The notes: generated from the sequence alone by a model not told the origin. A stretch of DNA of 64,000 bases from Candidatus Eiseniibacteriota bacterium (GCA_963792585.1 CAWBWI010000005.1:128001-192000); one strand, 5' to 3'; shown: positions 21,467 through 31,645, counted from the stretch's first letter. Program-made: numbers and translations.

Positions 21467-24400
21467 CGCACACCTCCCCGGGCTTCTGCCTGTTGAAGCA
21501 GGACAATCTTCATCCGATCCCGGTCGGGACCCGCGCGAAGAACCGCGAAGTAGATCCCGGTCGGCACGCGCGCTCCCGCGTCGTTCCTGCCGTCCCAGGC
21601 GATGTCGTGCCCGCCCGAAATCCAATGCCCTCCGGCGAGCGTTCGGACGCAGCGCCCGGACACGTCCCAGACCCGCAGGTCGATCTCCCCCTCACGGGGC
21701 AGGATGAACGAGAGGACCGTCCGCCCTACCGCGGGGTTCGGCCGCGGCGCGATCAATCCGAACGCGAGCGCGGGCTCGCTCGCGCCGCGGCGCGTTTGCA
21801 TCGGCCTCAGGCGTCCGTCGAGATCGACCCCGCGCGCCTTGAGCAGGCGCACGGCGTCCTCCCGGACGCCGGCGATCCGAATCCCTTGCGGATCGATGGC
21901 GAGCGCCGGGTAGGAAGCAGCGACGACCCTCCAGATGCCGGCGACAGCCGTCGCAAAGCAGTCCAACGGCCGGCCGTCGCTCCATGAAGCCGAGGGGGTC
22001 GCCCCGATGGGTGCGGCGAACTCGAAGGAGAGGCCGCGCAGGTCCCGTACTCCTCCGAGATCGATGTGCGCGACGTCGCCGACGGCCGATGCCGTCAGCA
22101 TCCCGGGGAGCGGCGCGCCATCGCCATTCAGGAAGCCGGTCGTTCGCGGACCGCCCAACTGCTTCCCGGGCGGGCCGCACTCGAGGGGGTCGCCGGTTCC
22201 GTAGGCGCGAGTGACCAGCGCGGCGTCGGAGACGTCGATTCTGCCGTTGCGGTTGATATCGATCAGGTCGGCGGAGAAACCGCTCTGGTTCCCGTCCACG
22301 AGCGCCTGCAGCATCACGGCCACGTCCGACAGATCGATCGCCCCCGAGTTGTTCAGGTCGCCGCATGCGACCAGTGTTCCGCTTCCCGACGCCGCCGCGG
22401 CCACCTCGTTCGACGCCACGCTCTCCCCCTGGTCGTAGACCGCGGTCACGATGTAGTGGTACGTCTGTCCCGGCTGCGCCTGCGCATCGAGGGCCGTGCG
22501 CGTCGCGGCGGAGACGTTTGCGATCCTGTTCGTGGGAGTGGTCTGCACGTTCGCCGAGGTCGAGCGGTAGATGTTGTAACCGACGAGCGCCGCCCCGCCC
22601 GTGAGCTTCTTCCCGGCCGCTGCGATTCCTTCGTTCGACCCAAGGAGTTGCGCTCGCCGCGTCGCGGCCCGCGCCGCATGCGCCACCTGCGCGTGACGCA
22701 CGCGCAGAGGCTCCAGGACGACCGGCCGCGCGATCCCATTCGACGCGAGAACATAGAGCGTGTAGGGGCCTGTCGTGAATTCCACATCGGAGTAGGCAAG
22801 GATCCGGACGTAGTAGGTGCCCTCCGCCGGCAGGATCGCGGCGAGGTACGGGTCCACGTTCGTCGGGTAGTCCTCGTCATCGGACCAGGCCAGCGGATCT
22901 TCTCCCAAAGTGAAGTTGTACAATTCCATGTAGGCATCGAGCAGTACGGGATCGGACGGCGCATCGACATCGAGAATGACCGATGTCCCGGCCGCCGCGT
23001 GGAAAGCAAACCAGTCCTGGTCACCGCTGGGACTGATATCGGCGAAGGTGGCGCTGTAGGACGACACCACGTCGGCGAGATCGGGTTCGTCGTTGAACTC
23101 GACCTCGCTGAAGAAGTCGACCGGGATCTCAATCATCTCCATGTCGATCCCGTTCACGTTTTGCCCCGGACCCACCATCACGGGATCTTCACGCCATCCG
23201 AACCAATCGCCCCGGTTGAACATCCCGTTCTCGTCGAGATCGAGGACGGCATAGGCGTCGTACGTTCCAGGGTCGACAGGGAGATGGTAGGCGCCGTTCG
23301 CCCCGGTGGGGGCGTCCGAGCCGGAGCCGGCGGCGTCTCCGTCGGCGTCCGAGGGAACGAAGATCGCGTAGGTCCCCGTCGTGCTGCCCGCATCCTCGCG
23401 CGTGATCGTGCCCGCGATCGAGGAGGTCGGGTGCTCGCCGTAGGGGGACAGGAGGATGTCGAGACCCTGCAGGCGAGCGTTCGCGGCGACGGTGATCGTG
23501 TCCTCCAGGCCGTCCCGGTTCGCATCGTAGACGCCGTACATGTCCCCGGTCGTGATCCGACCGTCTCCATCGAGATCGAGCAGGGCCGCGATTTCGTAGG
23601 TCCCTGCGGCGACATTGGCGAAAGCGTAGGACGATCCCCCCTCGGGAATCGCCGCGATCGCCTGAACCTGGGAGGAGCCGGACGGGAAGAGCCCGACCAT
23701 CGTCCCGTCGGGCGCGCCGCCGTCGGATCGTGAGATCGATCCGGAGAGGATCGCCGAGGAACCGCCGCCTGGGGCGTCATCGCCCGTTCCGGTTCCGGTT
23801 GGAGCATCCCAGCTGAGCGGCACCCCACCGCGCGCGCCGTTCTCGGCCGCCAGTCCGGCCGGTGCCGGCAGCCCCGCGGTGCCGGTGGATTCGTCGATCG
23901 TGACATCGATGTCGACGACGGAGAAGTTGTTGATCGTCACCGCATCGCCCGCGTCCGATTGCTGATTCCCGTTGCGGTCGTGATAGCCGTATGGCTCTCC
24001 CGCCTCATGATCCCCGTTCTTGTTCGCGTCTCCGAAGGCGAAGATGCGGTAGGAGCCGTTGGCGACCTCCGTCACGTAAGCGCCGGTCGTCGGATCGGGG
24101 ACCGTCGTCCCGAGGATCTGCGTGTTGGCGCCGTTCGTGACCACGACGCGGACGTCGGCCATCGGACCGCCCGAACGCGTGATCCGGCCGCTGATCTCTC
24201 CGCGGCCGGTCGGGTTCGAGTCCGCCGGCTGGCCGATGCCGACGGCGGCCCATGCGTTGCGGGCGTTCGCCTCGACGGACGGCGCGTCCGGGTAGAGTTG
24301 GCGCGCCGCCTGAATCGTCGCCTCGCGCGTGTCGGCAAACGAGGAACCGTTGGCCATGATCGCAGTCAACGCGTGGAACCAGACTCGCTCCAGGCGATCC

Positions 24401-25998
24401 CTTCCCTGCCCCACGACCGTGACGCCGTGGAAACTCCCCCCCTCGGCGAAGAGATAGGCGGCTTTGTTGGGGATTCCGCTGTTGGAATGCACTCCGCCGT
24501 TGTCGCGATCCTGGCTGTATGCGCGGTAGTCGTTCATGTGGGCGGGCTGGTCTCCCAGCGTCGGGTTCTCCATGCTTCGGAGGAACGGCCGGCCGAGGCC
24601 GGGACCGGCGATCGACTCTCCGATCGTCCAGTCGTCGCGGTCCACCAGAGCGCCGAACACGTCCGAGAACGACTCGTTGAGCGCCCCCGATTGATCTCGG
24701 TAGATCAGGCCGGCGGTTGCATCCGTGACGGCGTGGGTCAGTTCGTGGGCGGTCACATCGAGCGAGCCGGCGAGGGGGACGAAGATGTTGCCGTCACCCT
24801 GACCGAAGGCGATGAAGACGCCGTTCCAGAAGGCGTTGTTCACGAACCGCCCGTAGTTGACCACGACGTAGATGGAAGATCCCTTGTTGTCCCAGGAGTT
24901 CCAGTTGAAGGTGCTCCGATAGTAGTCGTAGGTCTGCGCCACGTGGAAGTGGCCGTCGACGGCATTGCGCAGGACGCTTCCTTGCGATCCCCGGAGGTTG
25001 CGGGTCGAGGAGACGATCACACGCGCGTTCTGGATCACCTGCTGCGGATCCTCGAGGGAAAGGCCGTCGTAGGTCTCGATCGCGGCGTCCGCCGCCATTT
25101 GCCCGCCGTTGGAGCCGCCCGCCCTTCGGGTGATGTCGACCATTGCGTACCCTTGCTGGGTCTGGAGTAGCTCGAGGGGAGACTTCAGATCCCCCAGCAC
25201 GCCGACACCGTCTCCGCTGACCGGGGTGTCGCTCTTCAGGTCGTCGTAGCGCAGGAGGATGCGGCCGTCGAGGGCGTCGATGAAGTACTCCCAGTTCGCT
25301 GTGCCGTCCGCCTCCGAGGCAACGTGGACGGGGACCCGCCAGACCAGCCGGGCGCCGTCGTCGAGCGGGAGGATCATCTTCTCCGGCTCCGCCGGCACCA
25401 GCGGATGCGCCGGTTCACGGCCGAAGTCCGCGAACGCGACCGCGCGGGCCTGGGCGGCGCTCAGCGTCGGCTCGGTCCCGATCGCACCCACGGGGGGAAG
25501 CACGCCGTTGACCCCGCTCACCCACCCCTCGTCTCCAATCCTCACGACGACCTGCCCGCCGAAGACACGCGCGCCGTTGACGGTCTGATCGCATCGGATG
25601 TGCGCAACGCCTTGACCGTCGATCAGGACCGAACGCGGCGAGAATCCGCGATTCTCTGCCGCAGCAAGACGCGCCAGGGGCTCGCCCGCTTCCTCGAGGA
25701 AGGAGACCGCTTGCGCGGCGAGGGGGTCGAGATCGAGCGCTGCGGTGCGAAACGCGAGGATGCCCTCGAGCCCACGCTTCGCCGGGACCGTCGTCTCGAC
25801 GATACGATCGGTGAAGAAGTGGGTCCTGGTTGCGTCCGCCCGGATCGTCCAGTCGGATACGCCGGAAAGCTGCAGGGGCTGGAGTTCGCTCGATTCCCCC
25901 ACTGCCCGGGCGTCATCCCCGAGTCCGGCGATCAGGATGGTGAACAGGACGGCGACAAGGGCACAGCGGGCGACGCTGGCGTGGACGTGGGTTGACAT
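21463..25998 (-). CDS. Secreted multidomain M4 (thermolysin-family) metalloprotease with Ig-like repeats, PPC, FN3, dockerin and FlgD-like C-terminal domain
   Basis: Signal and propeptide; NNAFWNG, HELTH, ALNESFSD, DNGGVHSNSG; dockerin GDLNNSGAIDLSD...DINRNGRIDVSD; tail PNP...WDVSGRCVRTL...WDGRNDAG...GIYF; RBS GGAGG before ATG 25998. Confidence 0.9.
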   Translation of the reverse strand: MSTHVHASVARCALVAVLFTILIAGLGDDARAVGESSELQPLQLSGVSDWTIRADATRTHFFTDRIVETTVPAKRGLEGILAFRTAALDLDPLAAQAVSFLEEAGEPLARLAAAENRGFSPRSVLIDGQGVAHIRCDQTVNGARVFGGQVVVRIGDEGWVSGVNGVLPPVGAIGTEPTLSAAQARAVAFADFGREPAHPLVPAEPEKMILPLDDGARLVWRVPVHVASEADGTANWEYFIDALDGRILLRYDDLKSDTPVSGDGVGVLGDLKSPLELLQTQQGYAMVDITRRAGGSNGGQMAADAAIETYDGLSLEDPQQVIQNARVIVSSTRNLRGSQGSVLRNAVDGHFHVAQTYDYYRSTFNWNSWDNKGSSIYVVVNYGRFVNNAFWNGVFIAFGQGDGNIFVPLAGSLDVTAHELTHAVTDATAGLIYRDQSGALNESFSDVFGALVDRDDWTIGESIAGPGLGRPFLRSMENPTLGDQPAHMNDYRAYSQDRDNGGVHSNSGIPNKAAYLFAEGGSFHGVTVVGQGRDRLERVWFHALTAIMANGSSFADTREATIQAARQLYPDAPSVEANARNAWAAVGIGQPADSNPTGRGEISGRITRSGGPMADVRVVVTNGANTQILGTTVPDPTTGAYVTEVANGSYRIFAFGDANKNGDHEAGEPYGYHDRNGNQQSDAGDAVTINNFSVVDIDVTIDESTGTAGLPAPAGLAAENGARGGVPLSWDAPTGTGTGDDAPGGGSSAILSGSISRSDGGAPDGTMVGLFPSGSSQVQAIAAIPEGGSSYAFANVAAGTYEIAALLDLDGDGRITTGDMYGVYDANRDGLEDTITVAANARLQGLDILLSPYGEHPTSSIAGTITREDAGSTTGTYAIFVPSDADGDAAGSGSDAPTGANGAYHLPVDPGTYDAYAVLDLDENGMFNRGDWFGWREDPVMVGPGQNVNGIDMEMIEIPVDFFSEVEFNDEPDLADVVSSYSATFADISPSGDQDWFAFHAAAGTSVILDVDAPSDPVLLDAYMELYNFTLGEDPLAWSDDEDYPTNVDPYLAAILPAEGTYYVRILAYSDVEFTTGPYTLYVLASNGIARPVVLEPLRVRHAQVAHAARAATRRAQLLGSNEGIAAAGKKLTGGAALVGYNIYRSTSANVQTTPTNRIANVSAATRTALDAQAQPGQTYHYIVTAVYDQGESVASNEVAAAASGSGTLVACGDLNNSGAIDLSDVAVMLQALVDGNQSGFSADLIDINRNGRIDVSDAALVTRAYGTGDPLECGPPGKQLGGPRTTGFLNGDGAPLPGMLTASAVGDVAHIDLGGVRDLRGLSFEFAAPIGATPSASWSDGRPLDCFATAVAGIWRVVAASYPALAIDPQGIRIAGVREDAVRLLKARGVDLDGRLRPMQTRRGASEPALAFGLIAPRPNPAVGRTVLSFILPREGEIDLRVWDVSGRCVRTLAGGHWISGGHDIAWDGRNDAGARVPTGIYFAVLRAGPDRDRMKIVLLQQAEARGGVR

Positions 25999-26191
25999 GA
26001 ATGGCCTCCTCCCCCCGTGAGATCGATCTCCGGAGAAACCATGCGGCGCGCAAACTCTATACCGCACAGCGCGCTCCGATCCAGGGGCAGAATCCACGGT
26101 CGCTCGATCGACGGCCTTGCCGCGCTCGGGCGGGACGGCCTAGGCTGACGGCTGGTTCCTGCGTCGCCGGTCGGCCGCGGAAGGGGGGACG

Positions 26192-27646
26192 ATGTTCCGT
26201 TCGACCCGCACCCGACACTGCGTTTGGACGAAAGGCTGCGCGGCCTTCCTGCTCGCGTTCGTCGTGGCGTTTGCGTCCGGCTGCGGGGGGGGCGGCGACT
26301 CTACCAAACCGACCTCGCCCCCGCCCGGAACCATCTCCGACCTCGTCGCCACCACGGTCGGGGCGACGTCGATCCGCCTGGCGTGGACCGCTCCCGGAGA
26401 GGACGGAAGCAGCGGAACCGCTTCCTCGTACGATGTCCGCTACGCGATCTCCCCCATTTCGGAAGCGAATTGGGCGGACGCCCAAACCGCCGAGGGGGCG
26501 CCCGATCCGGGCCCCGCGGGACACGCGGAGAGCTTCACGGTGACGGGACTGACCCCGGGCATCGAGATCTACTTCTCGATTCGCACGATCGACAAGGATG
26601 ACAACATGTCTCCCCCGTCCAACGAAGCGCGGGCTTGGACGCTTGCGAGCGCCGACGATGTGCACTGGGACCTCCGATTCGCCCCCCACCCGGACGGCAA
26701 AGGGATGAACGGCGCCGTCCGCGCGCTGGTGGAGTTCAACGGCGACCTGATTGCGGCCGGCGACTTCACCCAGGCGGGCGGACTCAATGTCGGGTCGATC
26801 GCACGCTGGGACGGTGCGGCGTGGCAGGAACTCGGGACCGGCTTGAACGGATCGGTGCGCGCGCTCGCCGTCTACCAAGGAAAGTTGATCGCGGGGGGCA
26901 CGTTCAGCCGGGCGGGGGGACGGACCTGCCTCTTCATCGCCGCCTGGGACGGCGTTTCCTGGGAAAATCTTCGGGGGGGCGTCAACGCCCCCGTCTCCGC
27001 GCTCGCCGTCGTCGGCTCGAGTCTCTACGCCGGGGGCGAGTTCACGGAGGTGGACGGGCAGGCATGCGGAAGGATCGCCCGGTGGAGCGCGGCGACATGG
27101 AGCCCCATCTCCCCCGGACTCGAGGGCCCGGTCCGCGCCTTTGCCGTCGACGGCGCCGATCTCTACGTCGGCGCGGACTTCTACGCAACGGGCGGGGCCC
27201 CCATGGGCCACGTCCTGCGCTGGAGCCAGGAAGCATGGCACGCAATCGGAGACGACATGGACGGTGAGGTGGACGCGCTCGCGGTGCACGCCGGAGCACT
27301 TGTCGCGGGCGGTGACTTCCTGCATGCGGGCGCCATCTCCGTCGCCCGGATCGCCCGTTGGACGGGCTCCTCTTGGAGTCCGTTCGGGGCGGGCGCCGAC
27401 GGCCGCGTCTCCGTATTGTCGAGCGCAGGAAACATCCTCGTTGCGGGTGGAGCGTTCGAGCGCATCGGCGAGATCGAATCCTCCTGCATCGCGCGCTGGG
27501 AAGACTCCGGATTCGGGCCGTTCGGTTCCGGATTCGATGGGAGCGTCTATGCCGTGGCGCCGGTCTCGGGAGGGATCGCGATCGGCGGGCTCTTTACGAT
27601 GGCGGGCGGCCGTCCATCGGCATTCATCGCCCGCTGGAACGATTGA
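26192..27646 (+). CDS. Lipoprotein with FN3 domain and beta-propeller repeats
   Basis: Lipobox ASGC; LAWTAPGEDG FN3; about 6-7 repeats of V.ALA...L.AGG.F..AGG...IARW.G..W. Confidence 0.85.
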   Translation: MFRSTRTRHCVWTKGCAAFLLAFVVAFASGCGGGGDSTKPTSPPPGTISDLVATTVGATSIRLAWTAPGEDGSSGTASSYDVRYAISPISEANWADAQTAEGAPDPGPAGHAESFTVTGLTPGIEIYFSIRTIDKDDNMSPPSNEARAWTLASADDVHWDLRFAPHPDGKGMNGAVRALVEFNGDLIAAGDFTQAGGLNVGSIARWDGAAWQELGTGLNGSVRALAVYQGKLIAGGTFSRAGGRTCLFIAAWDGVSWENLRGGVNAPVSALAVVGSSLYAGGEFTEVDGQACGRIARWSAATWSPISPGLEGPVRAFAVDGADLYVGADFYATGGAPMGHVLRWSQEAWHAIGDDMDGEVDALAVHAGALVAGGDFLHAGAISVARIARWTGSSWSPFGAGADGRVSVLSSAGNILVAGGAFERIGEIESSCIARWEDSGFGPFGSGFDGSVYAVAPVSGGIAIGGLFTMAGGRPSAFIARWND

Positions 27647-27780
27647 TCGAGGCCCCTTCGCGTAGCGGCTCCGGCCCCCTCGCCTCGATCCCCCGATTCC
27701 GTGTACGATAGGTGCGCGCGAGGTAGGGGCGTTCTCTCGGGAACCACGGTTCGCGAGCCACGTGATGGAGCGAAGGAGAT

Positions 27781-28905
27781 TTGGGAGCCGCGTTCGTACA
27801 AGGAGACCGCGATCGTTGCGCCGCAGGCTGTATCCGGGTCCTTCTGGAGCGGCCCGACCCTGCGTGCCGTGAGTTGCTCGCGGCATATGCGGGCGACTAC
27901 ATCCGCGCCTTCCTGACTGCCTGCCGCTCCCGGTGGCGCTTCGGTTTCTCCGGCACCTTCGACGACATGATCGAGGAGGTCGGCGACACGGAGACGGCCA
28001 CCCTCCTGCGCGTGGCGGCCGACGAGGATGGCCGCGACGCTCTCCCGGGGCTTCGTCTCGCCCTACGGAAACTCGATGTCGCCCGCGCGGACGACATGAC
28101 AATCGTGCTCGCCTTCCGCGGATCGCTGCGGACCCGTGCGCACCAGGGCGCGATCGCGCGGTGGAAGAGAGAGCACCCCGACGAGGCGCTCTTCCTTCGA
28201 AGCGTCAAGCTCAGGCTCCGGGACGCTCGCGGCATCTGGATTCACAAGGATGCGCGGGGGCAGTTCCTCGTCACCGCCCGGTCGAACCTCCGGCTTCCGT
28301 GCATGGAGCCCGCCGAACTCGTCGACGTGCTCCGCGCATGCGGGCCGCGCTATCGGCCCGTTGTCGTCCTGGCCGTGTTGCGCAAGTCCCTGGCGCCGAC
28401 GCCTCGACACGGCGGCGTGTGCTATCTCATGGACGTCTCCCGAACCGTGCACGCGCTTCGCGCGGAGATCGTCGAAACGGATCCTGGGGGGACCGGCGCG
28501 ATTCCCCACACGGAAGGTTCCCCGCTGAGCCGCGATCGAACGCCACGGACCATCTGGCGCGCTCGAACGCGGGCGGTCTTCGAGGAAGCGGCCCGGGCGA
28601 TACTCTGCGAAGACGGGGGCGATCCGGGCGCGCGCACGCGCGAAGCTTGGATTCGCATCAGCGTCGAGTTGACCCTGCGGCCATTCGGATTGGGCGACGA
28701 CACCCTCGACGGCCTCTCGCAGCTACGCATGATCGAACGCCTCCTCCCGGGATCGGCACAGGCCGGGGAAGTCCGCGCACATGTGAATGGCACGAACTAT
28801 CTCACCCGCCGACTCCGCGTCTGGGCCAGACGGAATCGCGCGCTTCTCGCGCGGCCGCTCTGGCGCCGTTGGATCGAGCGAGCGGAGGGGGGCGTGACCG
28901 GATGA
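27781..28905 (+). CDS. Hypothetical cytoplasmic protein (possibly a divergent sigma-like regulator)
   Basis: 374-aa basic, helical ORF with an ATGA overlap to the next gene; the function is inferred from context only. Confidence 0.55.
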   Translation: MGAAFVQGDRDRCAAGCIRVLLERPDPACRELLAAYAGDYIRAFLTACRSRWRFGFSGTFDDMIEEVGDTETATLLRVAADEDGRDALPGLRLALRKLDVARADDMTIVLAFRGSLRTRAHQGAIARWKREHPDEALFLRSVKLRLRDARGIWIHKDARGQFLVTARSNLRLPCMEPAELVDVLRACGPRYRPVVVLAVLRKSLAPTPRHGGVCYLMDVSRTVHALRAEIVETDPGGTGAIPHTEGSPLSRDRTPRTIWRARTRAVFEEAARAILCEDGGDPGARTREAWIRISVELTLRPFGLGDDTLDGLSQLRMIERLLPGSAQAGEVRAHVNGTNYLTRRLRVWARRNRALLARPLWRRWIERAEGGVTG

Positions 28906-31034
28906 CCCGTCCCCAGCCGGCCGAACTGATCGGACTACAGGACGAGTTGCAGCGGTTGCTCACGCTCGGCCAACCGCCGGCCGTCGCCGTGGAGATGCGT
29001 CGGCGGTTCGTCGAGGCGACCCTTCCGTTGGGCCCCGCGATCTGGGCCGGATTCACCTTCCAGGTCGCGATCGCGCTCGTGCGGCAGATCCCGTCGTTGA
29101 CGTTGCTGGGCCTTTCTCCGCAGGCGATCGACGCGCTCCGCGATCTGATCCGGCGCATCCGGACGCAGCCGGTTCCGGCCTGGTCGGGCGCGGTCGATTG
29201 GCCGGATCTCTGCGAGCGTGCTCGTGCGGAACTGGATCGGACCGAACCGGCGATGGCCGCGGGAGAGATCGGCGTCCCCGTCGTCGCGAAGGCCTGCGGC
29301 AATGGCGCGACGCACCCTCTTTTCGAGGACGTGTCGGTCGGGTGCATCCTCCGACTCCGCGTGGAAGCGGACGTTGCGGATCGTCGCCGGCGGATCCCCC
29401 AACTCGTCGTCGATGGTGAAGCCGCGCCCGACACCCGCTCCGCGTTCGAGGCCACGCTCGGCGCCGTGGGCGCCGCGCGCGCCTGGGGCGCGCCGCACCC
29501 GAGCCGATGCGTCTTCCGCGCCTCGTGGGACATGCCGGGCGCGCGGCTGGTAGGCCGCTCCGGCGGACTCGCGTTCTTCCTCGCCGCGGCGACCGCGCGG
29601 GCCAGGCTCTCCCCTTCCCTGTGGGACCGGATTCTCCCGGAGGGCCTCGCCGCGACGGGCGACGTCGAAGCGAAGACCGTCCTCCCCGTCGATCCGGACG
29701 GGCTTCTCACGAAGGTGCGCGCGTCCCACCATGCGCGGGTGAAGATCCTGCTGGTTCCGAGAGCGCAGGAGGAAGCCGCCGCAGAGGAGGCGCGGTCGAT
29801 GGAATCGATCGCGCCGGGCCACCTCGTTGAGGTCGTCGGCGTGGACGACGTTCTGCAGATTTGGGCCGGCGGCTCCGTGGTGCGCCGTCGCGCGCGCGGA
29901 TTGCCCCTCTTCGTCCACGGGCTGCTTTCGTGGCTCACCCGCAGCCCCATCCGAATCGCGCTCCTGCTCGCGGTGTTCGCGGCGATCGCGGGCGCGCTGA
30001 TCTTCACGGCCGTGCGCTGGGAGAGGGACCCCGTCGCTGCCGAGTGGAAGGGCGAGCGCCTGGTGATGCGAAATCGCTACGGACATGCGTGGTCGATGCC
30101 AATGCTGTATCCGCCGGCTCCCCGCGTCTTCTTCCAGCCAGACTGGGGCGCCCCGCTCGTGGTCATGAAGCCCCCCGGATCGGAGCGCTCCATCGTGATC
30201 GCGATCCTCGGAGCGGGTCCTCAGGGATCGGAGCGCCTGGTCGCGCTGACTCCGGACGGCGACATTCTCTGGGAGACGGATTCCAGGCGAATCGGCGAAC
30301 GCCACCACACGCCGGTCGCGGACGTCTGCTGGTTGGGCATTTACCTCTGCGGCCCGGCGGCGGACGGCTCCGCGCAAGTCTACGCGCTTCGGCGTTCGAT
30401 CCAGTCGAATCTGTGCCTGATCGACCGGGTCGACGCGGGATCCGGCGCTTCCCGCGGCTGCCTTCGTAACCAGGGACACCTCGAGTTCAGCAGGGAGATT
30501 GACCTCGACAACGACGGACTGCGCGAGGTCGTGTTCATGGGCACGCACAATCCCGATTCCTGCGCGATCGCGATCGTCCTTGATCCGGGCCGGATGCGGC
30601 CCATCTCCTCGGCGGATTCGCTCGATTCAATCCCCAACGTCTCGAATCCGTCGAGCCTGGGATCCGGTGTGGCCGCCTGCTGGCGCTTCGCCAACGATCG
30701 TTTCTCGACGCAGTTGCGCTCCACCTGCAACGGCCTGTACGAGGACAGCGTCGGGATCGTCCGGATCGCCACCAGCGGCTCAACGTCGGAGGGAAGCTTC
30801 CTCTACCGCCTGCGGACGGCGGATCTTCGTCGGCCGATGGTGCTCGACGTGCAGATCACGGACGCCTACCGGGCGTACCACAACGAACACATGGGTCGAG
30901 CGGTCCCTGCGGCGGAGATTGCCGCCGAAGAATCGCGCCTCGCCGGAAAGGCGGCGGTGCTGACGGAGGGGGGATGGGTCCCCATGCGTCGCTCGATCGC
31001 AACGTTTTCTGAAAGCGGCGCCGGGGTGAACTAA
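28902..31034 (+). CDS. Membrane-anchored protein: cytoplasmic Lon/S16-like protease domain, one TM helix, extracytoplasmic beta-rich domain
   Basis: GRSGGLAFFLA (Ser codon 29559), AATGDV, VLPVD...LLTKV (Lys codon 29712), ILLVP; TM IALLLAVFAAIAGALIFTAV; DLDNDGLREVV (FG-GAP-like). The true start is ATG 28902. Confidence 0.7.
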   Translation: MTRPQPAELIGLQDELQRLLTLGQPPAVAVEMRRRFVEATLPLGPAIWAGFTFQVAIALVRQIPSLTLLGLSPQAIDALRDLIRRIRTQPVPAWSGAVDWPDLCERARAELDRTEPAMAAGEIGVPVVAKACGNGATHPLFEDVSVGCILRLRVEADVADRRRRIPQLVVDGEAAPDTRSAFEATLGAVGAARAWGAPHPSRCVFRASWDMPGARLVGRSGGLAFFLAAATARARLSPSLWDRILPEGLAATGDVEAKTVLPVDPDGLLTKVRASHHARVKILLVPRAQEEAAAEEARSMESIAPGHLVEVVGVDDVLQIWAGGSVVRRRARGLPLFVHGLLSWLTRSPIRIALLLAVFAAIAGALIFTAVRWERDPVAAEWKGERLVMRNRYGHAWSMPMLYPPAPRVFFQPDWGAPLVVMKPPGSERSIVIAILGAGPQGSERLVALTPDGDILWETDSRRIGERHHTPVADVCWLGIYLCGPAADGSAQVYALRRSIQSNLCLIDRVDAGSGASRGCLRNQGHLEFSREIDLDNDGLREVVFMGTHNPDSCAIAIVLDPGRMRPISSADSLDSIPNVSNPSSLGSGVAACWRFANDRFSTQLRSTCNGLYEDSVGIVRIATSGSTSEGSFLYRLRTADLRRPMVLDVQITDAYRAYHNEHMGRAVPAAEIAAEESRLAGKAAVLTEGGWVPMRRSIATFSESGAGVN

Positions 31035-31084
31035 GATAGGTCTGGAACAGGGGGAGCGGCGTGGCCCCCGGACGGGAACGAACC

Positions 31085-31645
31085 ATGGAGTGTTGGTCTC
31101 AGGGATCGTTGGAACGGGCGGCGATCCGTATGGCGGACGCGGGGATTGCGCCCGGCTGCGCGCCCAGCGCCGCAGTCGCCGCGGATCTCGTCTCTCTGCT
31201 CGCCCACGCGCAGACCTGCACTCGCTGCCGGGGCGTTCTCCACATTCTCTTCGACGCGGAAGTGCTCATGAGGGCGAGGGGACATCGTCCGATTGTCCTG
31301 CCGCTGCGGCTCCTGGATCCCACCGGCGCGTCGCGCGGGATGGACGCGGAGACTCCGCCCGGGTGGCGTGAGTCGTACCCGGTGGCGGCGCAAACCCCCG
31401 AAATCGGCCGACGGATCGAGGATGGAACGACTCCGAGCCGCGTCCTTACGCTGACCACGAGCGACGATCGCTTCCTTGTGCGCATCCTGCCGAACAACCC
31501 CGGCCCCGGCGCAACCGCCATCCTGTATCCCGCGCGGGGTGGCGTGACGATCGAGATCGACGGGAAGAGCTTTGCATTCGACGAGACCGGAACCGCCACC
31601 CTACCCGGCTTCCCCGGCGCAGACATCTCACTCGTCCTCCGCTGA
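31085..31645 (+). CDS. zf-HC2 (zinc anti-sigma-like) domain protein
   Basis: HAQTCTRC matches HxxxCxxC, with an N-terminal Cys; no TM segment. Confidence 0.65.
   Translation: MECWSQGSLERAAIRMADAGIAPGCAPSAAVAADLVSLLAHAQTCTRCRGVLHILFDAEVLMRARGHRPIVLPLRLLDPTGASRGMDAETPPGWRESYPVAAQTPEIGRRIEDGTTPSRVLTLTTSDDRFLVRILPNNPGPGATAILYPARGGVTIEIDGKSFAFDETGTATLPGFPGADISLVLR

Noticed and set aside
26700..27640. Periodic DNA similarity as a CRISPR or tandem array
   Set aside because: Explained by protein-level beta-propeller repeats; there are no identical repeats with unique spacers and no cas genes.
27933..28901. N-terminal extension making the Lon-like protein 1033 aa
   Set aside because: It is a low-complexity Arg-rich translation overlapping gene 27781..28905; ATG 28902 with ATGA coupling is the better start.
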